A program made the translations under genes and the position numbers. A stretch of DNA of 64,000 bases from the IMG/VR virus record IMGVR_UViG_3300035180_002914. One strand, 5' to 3'. The notes under the pieces are model-generated. The model did no database searches. It was not told the origin of the DNA and saw only the letters and a program-made list of their open reading frames with translations. Positions 57,385 through 64,000 of this stretch are shown piece by piece. The DNA is from an uncultured virus (IMG/VR IMGVR_UViG_3300035180_002914) (lineage: Duplodnaviria; Heunggongvirae; Uroviricota; Caudoviricetes). Numbering within the stretch: position 1 is the stretch's first letter; the number at the start of each line of letters is the position of its first letter.

Positions 57385-57579
57385 ATGGAATTAATGTTAG
57401 ATATTACTTTGGTGATAGTGTTTATTTTATATTTTTTTGTAAGATATAAGCTGAAAGAGAAAGAAATAAGAAAGGAAATTTTCGAGTCTCTCTATAAAGG
57501 CTACGAAAAACAAAGTTCTCTAGTCAATTTTGTGAAACTTTTTACTCAAAGAATTACAATATCTTTTAAAAGAAGTTGA
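57385..57579 (+). CDS. small membrane-anchored protein
   Basis: N-terminal hydrophobic helix. Confidence 0.5.
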   Translation: MELMLDITLVIVFILYFFVRYKLKEKEIRKEIFESLYKGYEKQSSLVNFVKLFTQRITISFKRS

Positions 57580-57675
57580 AACTAACATTTTCTTTTGACT
57601 TTGAAATGCTTGTGAAAAATTTTAAAAATTTAAGATAATTTTAAGATTTAATACAATATAATTTTAATAAGAAAA

Positions 57676-58059
57676 ATGAAGGAGAAAGAAATGGAAATGG
57701 AAAAAGTTTTAACTAACGCTATGGAAGCTTATAAAGCAGAAGATTATAAAACAGCTCTTGAATTATTCACACAAGCTTCTGAAATGGGAAGTGCTAGAGC
57801 TTGTTTTTTACTTGGTCTAATGTATGGTTGGGGAATAGGTGTTCAAGAAAACAATGTGAAAAGAGTTGAGCTATTCGAAAAAGCTTGTGATTTGGGATGT
57901 GGAGAGGCGTGTTATAGGCTTGGTTTTATGTATGAATGGGGGATGGGTAATATCGAACAAAACTTTTCTAAAGCGTCAGAGCTGTATGAAAAAGCTTGTA
58001 ATTTAGGATATAAAGAAAATGATTTTAGCGAAGAAACAAAAAGATTTTTAAATATTTAA
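57676..58059 (+). CDS. Sel1-like repeat protein 1
   Basis: ACFLLGLMY..G.GV and KACDLG repeats. Confidence 0.85.
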   Translation: MKEKEMEMEKVLTNAMEAYKAEDYKTALELFTQASEMGSARACFLLGLMYGWGIGVQENNVKRVELFEKACDLGCGEACYRLGFMYEWGMGNIEQNFSKASELYEKACNLGYKENDFSEETKRFLNI

Positions 58060-58105
58060 TTTTTAAAATAGAATACGTTATAATTATATTGAAAGGGAGA
58101 AAAAA

Positions 58106-58795
58106 ATGGAAATAACACTAGAAAATGGTTTGAAAGCTTATGAAGAAGGAGATTATAAAACTGCCTTTGAATTGTTTACAATGGCTTTTGAAAGCGGAAG
58201 TCCTGAAGGTTGTAATTATCTTGGTATTATGTATGACAATGGAGAGGGTATTGAACAAGACAAATCTAAAGCAGCCGAGTTTTTTGGAAAAGCTTGTGAA
58301 CTAGGTGATGCTTCAGGATGTTATAACCTTGGACTAATGTATGAAATTGGAGAAAGTGTAGAACAAGACTACTCTAAAGCAGTAGAGCTATATACAAAAG
58401 CATGTGAACTTGGAAATTCATACGGTTGTAATAACCTTGGAGTTTTGTATGAGTATGGTAAAGGTGTTCAAAAAGATATTAATAAGGCTGTAGAACTGTA
58501 TATAAAGGCTTGTGATCTTGGAAATGCTAAAGGATATTTTAACCTTGGACTTATGTGTGCTAGTGGAGAAGGTGTAGAACAAGACTATTTAAAAGCGGCT
58601 GAGTTGTTCGCAAAAGCTTGTGAACTTGGAATTGCTGAAGGTTGTAATAATCTTGGCGTAATGTTTGCTAATGGATTAGGTGTTGAACAAGACTACAATA
58701 AAGCTGGAGAGCTATTTAAAATGGCTTATGAGATGGGACACGAAAAAGGTCTTGAATCATACAATGAACTAAAAGAAAATGATTTTATTAAGTAA
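58106..58795 (+). CDS. Sel1-like repeat (Hcp-like) protein 2
   Basis: 36-aa KACELG..GCYNLG.MY..G.GVEQD repeats. Confidence 0.9.
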   Translation: MEITLENGLKAYEEGDYKTAFELFTMAFESGSPEGCNYLGIMYDNGEGIEQDKSKAAEFFGKACELGDASGCYNLGLMYEIGESVEQDYSKAVELYTKACELGNSYGCNNLGVLYEYGKGVQKDINKAVELYIKACDLGNAKGYFNLGLMCASGEGVEQDYLKAAELFAKACELGIAEGCNNLGVMFANGLGVEQDYNKAGELFKMAYEMGHEKGLESYNELKENDFIK

Positions 58796-58818
58796 TAATT
58801 AAATTAAAAGGAGATACA

Positions 58819-59526
58819 ATGGAAGACATTTTTTTATTTTTGATAACAAACGGGTCGAAAATCTGCGAAGACGAAAATGATTTCAAAGAAGTAGCGGAAA
58901 CATTAACAAAAGCTTGTGATAAAGGAAATGCTAAAGCGTGTTTCAATCTTGGAATTATGTTTGAATACGGAAAAGGTGTTCAAAAAGACATTCCTAAAGC
59001 CATAGAGTTATATACAAAAGCTTCTGAAAATGGTAACGTCGAAGCGTGTTTTAGACTAGGAACTATGTATGAAAAAGGTCGATATGTCGAAAAAGATTTT
59101 CTTAAAGCGGTAGAACTGTATAAAAAGGCTTGTGATGGCGGATATGCTCCTGGATGTATCAACCTTGGAGATATGTATCGCTACGGAAAAGGTGTTCAAA
59201 AAGACATTTCTAAAACAATAGAACTGTTGGAAAAATGCTGCGATTTGGGATATGATGACGGATTTTATAGTCTTGGATTTAAGTATTTATATGGGAAAGG
59301 CGTTAAACAAGACTACTCGAAAGCTGTAGAGCTATTCACTAAAGCTTGTGATTTAGGAAGCGCAGGTGCGTGTCTTAAACTTGGCGAAATGTATGAGTGG
59401 GGAATGGGAAGCATTGAACAAGACTTATTAAAAGCTGTCGAGTTTTACAAGAAAGCTTGTGATTTGAATGATCCGTATGGTTGTGATCGCTATTCGGTTT
59501 TGATGAAAAATATTTTAGGTAAATGA
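58819..59526 (+). CDS. Sel1-like repeat protein 3
   Basis: Same repeat unit. Confidence 0.9.
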   Translation: MEDIFLFLITNGSKICEDENDFKEVAETLTKACDKGNAKACFNLGIMFEYGKGVQKDIPKAIELYTKASENGNVEACFRLGTMYEKGRYVEKDFLKAVELYKKACDGGYAPGCINLGDMYRYGKGVQKDISKTIELLEKCCDLGYDDGFYSLGFKYLYGKGVKQDYSKAVELFTKACDLGSAGACLKLGEMYEWGMGSIEQDLLKAVEFYKKACDLNDPYGCDRYSVLMKNILGK

Positions 59527-59569
59527 TTCTGGAAACCAGAAATCTTTACAATAAAATGAAGGAAAAGGT

Positions 59570-60346
59570 GTGAAAAATAAAGAGGATTTAGTATCAAAAG
59601 GATTGGAAAATCTTGAAAAAGGTGAATACGAAACGGCTTTAAAAATGTTTACACAGGCTTGTGATTTAGGAAGCTCTGATGCATATTTTATCCTAGGATA
59701 TATGTATGACCACGGAGATGGAGTAGAACAAGACTACTCCAAAGCCGCAGAATTTTACGGGAAGGCTTGCGAAATGGGAGATGCTTCAGGATGCTACAAC
59801 CTCGGACTAATGTTTGATAATGGGGATGGTGTTGAACAAGATAAAATAGAAGCAGCAGAGTTGTATAAAAAAGCTTGTGATGGCGGAATTGCTGAAGCTT
59901 GTCTAAATCTCGGTGTTATGTATGCTTACGGAAAAGGCGTAGAACAAGACTATTTGAAAGCGGCGGAGTACTATAAAAAAGCTTGCGATAAGGGAGATGC
60001 TGAAGTGTGTCATAGGCTTGGTTCTATGTATGAAAACGGAGAAGGCGTTGAACAAGACCTTTCAAAAGCAGTAGAATACTATAAAATAGCTTGCGATAAG
60101 GGAGATGCTGAAGTGTGTCATAGGCTTGGTTCTATGTATGAAAACGGAGAAGGCGTCGAGCAAGACTTATCTAAAGCAATAGAACTGTACGAAAAAGCTT
60201 GTGAAGGCAGTTATGCTCCTGGATACAGCAGTCTTGGACTTATGTATGAAAATGGACGAGGCGTCGAACAAGACCTTTCAAAAGCATTTGAATTGTACGA
60301 AAAGGCTTGCGAATTAGGAGATACTTTCGGATGTTACAAACTTTGA
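59570..60346 (+). CDS. Sel1-like repeat protein 4
   Basis: Same repeat unit; near-identical 108-nt duplication at 59981 and 60089. Confidence 0.9.
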   Translation: MKNKEDLVSKGLENLEKGEYETALKMFTQACDLGSSDAYFILGYMYDHGDGVEQDYSKAAEFYGKACEMGDASGCYNLGLMFDNGDGVEQDKIEAAELYKKACDGGIAEACLNLGVMYAYGKGVEQDYLKAAEYYKKACDKGDAEVCHRLGSMYENGEGVEQDLSKAVEYYKIACDKGDAEVCHRLGSMYENGEGVEQDLSKAIELYEKACEGSYAPGYSSLGLMYENGRGVEQDLSKAFELYEKACELGDTFGCYKL

Positions 60347-60374
60347 ACAAAAATCTAAGAACAAAGGAGAATTA

Positions 60375-61088
60375 GTGGAAAATATTTTTGTATTTTTAGC
60401 GCCTGATGGGTTTAAAGGTTATGACGAAAACGAAGAAGATTTAAAATCCGCAGTAAATTCATTATCGAAAGCTTGTGAAGAAGGAAATTCCAAAGCGTGT
60501 TATAACCTTGGAATTATGTATGAATACGGAAAAGGTGTAAAACAAGATCTATTAAAAGCGGCGGAGTTATATAAAAAGGCAGGTGATGGCGGATATGCTA
60601 GCGGATATAATAATCTTGGTCTTTTGTATTCTAACGGAAAAGGAGTTGAGCTAGACTATACGAAAGCTGTAGAGCTATTCAGGAAAGCTTATGAAATGGG
60701 AAGTATAGCAAGTTGCAACAACCTTGGAGATTTGTATTACTATGGACAAGGCGTTAAACAAGATTTTTCTAAAGCTGAAGAGCTATATTCAAAAGCTTGT
60801 GAGGTAGGATACTCTCGTGGGTGTTTCAATCTTGGTGTTATGTATGAAAACGGTAACGGAGTTCCAAAAGACATTCAAAAAGCAATAGAACTGTATTCAA
60901 AAGCTGCTGAAATTGGAAATGCTAATGCGTGTTATTACCTTGGATTTATGAATGAATATGGTATCGGAGTCCAAAAAGACATAAAAACCGCAATAGAATT
61001 CTACAAGAAAGCTTGTGAACTAGGAAGTGCGGCAGGATGCGAACGCTATTCGAAAGCGAGAAAAATATTTGGGAGTATGTTTGATTAG
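60375..61088 (+). CDS. Sel1-like repeat protein 5
   Basis: Same repeat unit; N-terminus paralogous to protein 3. Confidence 0.9.
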   Translation: MENIFVFLAPDGFKGYDENEEDLKSAVNSLSKACEEGNSKACYNLGIMYEYGKGVKQDLLKAAELYKKAGDGGYASGYNNLGLLYSNGKGVELDYTKAVELFRKAYEMGSIASCNNLGDLYYYGQGVKQDFSKAEELYSKACEVGYSRGCFNLGVMYENGNGVPKDIQKAIELYSKAAEIGNANACYYLGFMNEYGIGVQKDIKTAIEFYKKACELGSAAGCERYSKARKIFGSMFD

Positions 61089-61097
61089 TAGGGAGAC

Positions 61098-62489
61098 TTA
61101 TCTCCCTACCCTAATTTCATCACCATATTTAGCAATTTTACTTCTAACGACTTTTATTAACCTACAACCTACTATATTTACATCGAACTCATTTTCTTTT
61201 TCTGTTTCGTTACACAAGTAGGTAAAACCATTGTTTAAAGCATTACAATATGGATTGTCAAGTTGGCGATTGTGCCCCAAAACTATTACCTTACTGTTTT
61301 GTCCTATTCTTGAAAGAATTAGTCTCATAGAGCTTCGACTTTCGTTTTGAGCTTCATCGATTATTATTACAGAGTTCTCTAAAGTACTTCCTCTCAAAAA
61401 TCCTTCGTATGCAGGTTCTATTCTATACTTGCTAATGAATTCTTTCATTTTTTCTTCAAGAACTTCTTTGTCTCTAAGATTAGTATTTTTATATTTTCTC
61501 TTAACAAGCTTTTCTATGCTATTATAAAGAGGAGCTAAATAACCTCCCATTTTCTCTTCTAGTGTACCAGGAAGAAAGCCAAGTTCTTCTTGTTTATTAT
61601 CTACAGAAGTAATAGTCTTTCTTATATAGATAATTTTCTCGAATTTAGAGTTTTTCTTTTCAATAAGAGCGCAAGCTCCTGAAAGAGCCATAAGTGTCTT
61701 TCCTGTTCCAGCTTGTCCAGGGACAACAATTATATCAGTGTTATCAGCAAGTATAAGAGAACTTAATACTCTTTGTTCTCTATTCATAGGAACAGCATTT
61801 TGTTTTTGTAAAAGGTCTTCGTCTATTTCATATAACTTATCCTTAACTTTATAATAATATTTGTTAATACCTGTTTTCGGATTAATAATTTCGATTCCTG
61901 ATATCGATTTTGGAATTTCTACTCCTAGATCTTTCTCAAGCTTTTCTACTTCCAATATAGGAAGTGATATTTCGTGTTGAGTTTCAAACGATTTAAAAAA
62001 TTCAATTTCAGTTTCTTTCTTATTATCTGTCTTATACGGTTCGACATTAATATTTTCCAGAATACACTTACTTCTAAATGCTATGTCATTAGATAGGACT
62101 AGCAAATTAGGATATTCTTTAGATATCTTTAAAGCACACTCAATAATCTTCCTGTCATTAAGTATCTTTACATCAGTATTCTCAATAGTGGTATCATACT
62201 TAAGAAGAGAAACAAGATGTATTTCACAACCTTGATAATTCACAATGACTCTTTTAGCTGTATGATTAATATTAGAGTGTCCAACTATTTCAGAGTCAGA
62301 CATCATTCTATTAAATTCCCTTGCGTGATATGAAATGATATCGAAGCCTGTCTTCTTGCTATCAAGCTCGTCTATTACAGTTTCAGGAATGATTATCAGA
62401 TTTTTAGAGTTATTTGAAAGTTTAATTATGTTTTGAGGGTCATCCAGCAGTATGTTTGTATCCAAAAGCCAGGATTTTTTATTTTTCAT
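61098..62489 (-). CDS. phoH: PIN-PhoH protein (PhoH2/YlaK type)
   Basis: LDTNILL, VIDELD and NDRKI (PIN); GQAGTGKT, LGFLPG, LRGST and DEAQN (PhoH). Start taken at MKNKK. Confidence 0.92.
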   Translation of the reverse strand: MKNKKSWLLDTNILLDDPQNIIKLSNNSKNLIIIPETVIDELDSKKTGFDIISYHAREFNRMMSDSEIVGHSNINHTAKRVIVNYQGCEIHLVSLLKYDTTIENTDVKILNDRKIIECALKISKEYPNLLVLSNDIAFRSKCILENINVEPYKTDNKKETEIEFFKSFETQHEISLPILEVEKLEKDLGVEIPKSISGIEIINPKTGINKYYYKVKDKLYEIDEDLLQKQNAVPMNREQRVLSSLILADNTDIIVVPGQAGTGKTLMALSGACALIEKKNSKFEKIIYIRKTITSVDNKQEELGFLPGTLEEKMGGYLAPLYNSIEKLVKRKYKNTNLRDKEVLEEKMKEFISKYRIEPAYEGFLRGSTLENSVIIIDEAQNESRSSMRLILSRIGQNSKVIVLGHNRQLDNPYCNALNNGFTYLCNETEKENEFDVNIVGCRLIKVVRSKIAKYGDEIRVGR

Positions 62490-63330
62490 TTTCGTTTTCC
62501 TTGTAATAAATTTTATAACCAACACACTTTTCTCTAGTTGCTCTCAATTTTGGATTATTACAATAACAAGGTTTTACTTCTTCTCCTGTATATAGATGAT
62601 TTTTCATTACTGTGTATGACAATCCATTATTTTCACAAAATTCCTTAAATTTATTACTTCTGATTATAGTAATCTCACCATTTCTTTCAATACAAAGGTC
62701 TTTTACTTTACCGTGATTATCTGATATTTTTTGTTTTGTTTCTTCTGATCGTTTTCCACCTAACATAGTTTTAATTCTTTTTTGTATTTCCTCTTCTGGT
62801 ACTACTCTTCCTGAATTTATTCCTTTATATCCCAATTTTTTTGCTTCGTCTTTGTCCATAACAAAAACTTTGCCTTCATCATTTTTGAAAATACTTTTGT
62901 TTTTTGCTCTTTCTTTTATTTTTTTCCTTTTTTCTTCTGAAACAACAACTGTTAATTTAAATAACGAATATATTTTAGAATTATAAATATTTTCTTTTCT
63001 ATAAAAACAAAATTTATTCATACAATGAAAAGCAAATGACATTTTACTCATTTCACTAGTTTCACCAGTTTTCTTATAATGTTTCCATAAAAGTAAATGA
63101 CAAATATAATGTTCTTTTGGTGTGAGTAATACTATATTTTCAGGATTTTTTTTAGGGGAAGAGAATTCTTTAAAGATAGATTTAGGAAGTATATGGTGTG
63201 CTTCAAAATATTCATAATTAATATCTGATTTTGAAGTTTTTATTCTTTTTTTGCTGATAGCATTATTCACAATTTCAAAATATAATTTGATATATTTTGT
63301 TTCTTTAAAGAAACTGTGTATCTTTTTCAA
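62479..63330 (-). CDS. free-standing HNH homing endonuclease with NUMOD3-like repeats
   Basis: EAHHILPKS, NIVLLTPKEHYICHLLL and RSEETKQKIS; TATAAATA at 63394-63401 on the minus strand. Confidence 0.85.
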   Translation of the reverse strand: MKKIHSFFKETKYIKLYFEIVNNAISKKRIKTSKSDINYEYFEAHHILPKSIFKEFSSPKKNPENIVLLTPKEHYICHLLLWKHYKKTGETSEMSKMSFAFHCMNKFCFYRKENIYNSKIYSLFKLTVVVSEEKRKKIKERAKNKSIFKNDEGKVFVMDKDEAKKLGYKGINSGRVVPEEEIQKRIKTMLGGKRSEETKQKISDNHGKVKDLCIERNGEITIIRSNKFKEFCENNGLSYTVMKNHLYTGEEVKPCYCNNPKLRATREKCVGYKIYYKENENEK

Positions 63331-63448
63331 GAGGATTGTCCTTTACCATATTGGAATTAAATTTTGATATTTTTAAAACTCAACCTCCTGAATTATTTAT
63401 AAGCAGTCATTCTCTGCCTCAAAGAACAGAGAATGACGATGTCTTTAG

Positions 63449-64000
63449 TTATTTTCTTGCTGTAGGAAGTACTAGACCTAGTTTATTATCTTTTTGGACT
63501 TTAGATAGTTTTGGGAAGTAGTTGATACCAGACATTCCTTCAAGCTCAGAGATAGTTATAGTTTTACAGTTACCTGCTGAAGTATTTTCGCAAAGATAGG
63601 CTGCTCCTTTTTGTTGTTTTGGACTATAGACTACTTTGTATATATGGGTAGGAACAAGAACATTATTTTTACCAATAGCTTTAGGCTTATCAGTTTTAAA
63701 GAGTGGACCTGTAATTATATACTCATCACCTTCTTTAGCTGCTAATAGCCTTGTTTCCTTTTCTATAGCAGACCATATTACAGTATTATTTCTATGATCT
63801 TGTGGAACCATATTAGCTAAACTAAAAGACTCTGCTTGAGTAGCTTCTGATCCCATATCAGCAGAAGGTGTCATATGCCCTCTGTCATAACCTGTTCTTT
63901 CATAATCAGATAGTTCAGCTCTTTCTCCAGCAGAAAGTTTACTTTCAGGATGGAACATATCTTTTCTTGGTATTTTAGCCGATATCTTTTCTTTTGTTAG
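63449..64000 (-). CDS. DNA/RNA non-specific endonuclease (NucA/EndoG family), 5' truncated by window edge
   Basis: GYDRGHMTP, SFSLANMVPQ, W..IE, ITGP and VPTHIYK. Confidence 0.9.
   Translation of the reverse strand, partial: LTKEKISAKIPRKDMFHPESKLSAGERAELSDYERTGYDRGHMTPSADMGSEATQAESFSLANMVPQDHRNNTVIWSAIEKETRLLAAKEGDEYIITGPLFKTDKPKAIGKNNVLVPTHIYKVVYSPKQQKGAAYLCENTSAGNCKTITISELEGMSGINYFPKLSKVQKDNKLGLVLPTARK

Noticed and set aside
59981..60160. DGR template/variable repeat pair in a Sel1 gene
   Set aside because: It is an in-frame tandem duplication, with no adenine-specific mismatch pattern and no reverse transcriptase in the window.
3022..61221. Numerous short ORFs antisense to long genes (e.g. 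3022, 6022, 13527, 22312, 27300, 39019, 56401)
   Set aside because: They are shadows of confidently assigned genes on the opposite strand, with no independent signals.
1..64000. CRISPR array (prompted by Cas2-like VapD and TnpB)
   Set aside because: I saw no run of equal direct repeats with unique spacers; the repeats are coding (fibre, Sel1, Gly) or structured RNA duplicates.
1..64000. Stop-codon reassignment
   Set aside because: Core genes are full length in code 11 and end in TAA, TAG and TGA; the few breaks are indels, inteins or one isolated TGA.

Overview
A 64-kb segment of a large, AT-rich T4-like myovirus genome in the standard genetic code. The host is probably in Campylobacterota: the tmRNA tag ANNTNFKPAAELAA resembles Campylobacter/Helicobacter tags, the promoters read TTTAAG-N11-TATAAT, and there are Hcp-like Sel1 genes and vapD. 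The left half (1-28 kb) is core phage machinery: gp4, gp2, gp55, gp47/46, gp33, gp44, a repeat-built fibre, gp20-23, two GroES paralogs, dCMP deaminase, ClpP, nrdA broken by a split intein, nrdB with a mini-intein, gp62 and gp41. The right half is an accessory region rich in RNA biology. It holds tmRNA plus SmpB, Ro60/TROVE plus Y-RNA-like genes, several unassigned structured RNAs (one about 600 nt), and two TnpB copies sharing one +1 frameshift with three omega-RNAs. It also holds a NARP1-like NAD+ pair, a Sel1/Hcp array, PIN-PhoH and an HNH gene. The best candidate for an undescribed system is a module seen twice: a small Sm/LSm-like protein flanked by separately encoded low-complexity peptides (Ser/Arg/Trp-rich at 42.7-43.6 kb, Gly-rich at 30.6-31.6 kb), each near ncRNA genes. 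All calls come from reading motifs by eye; no searches were run.
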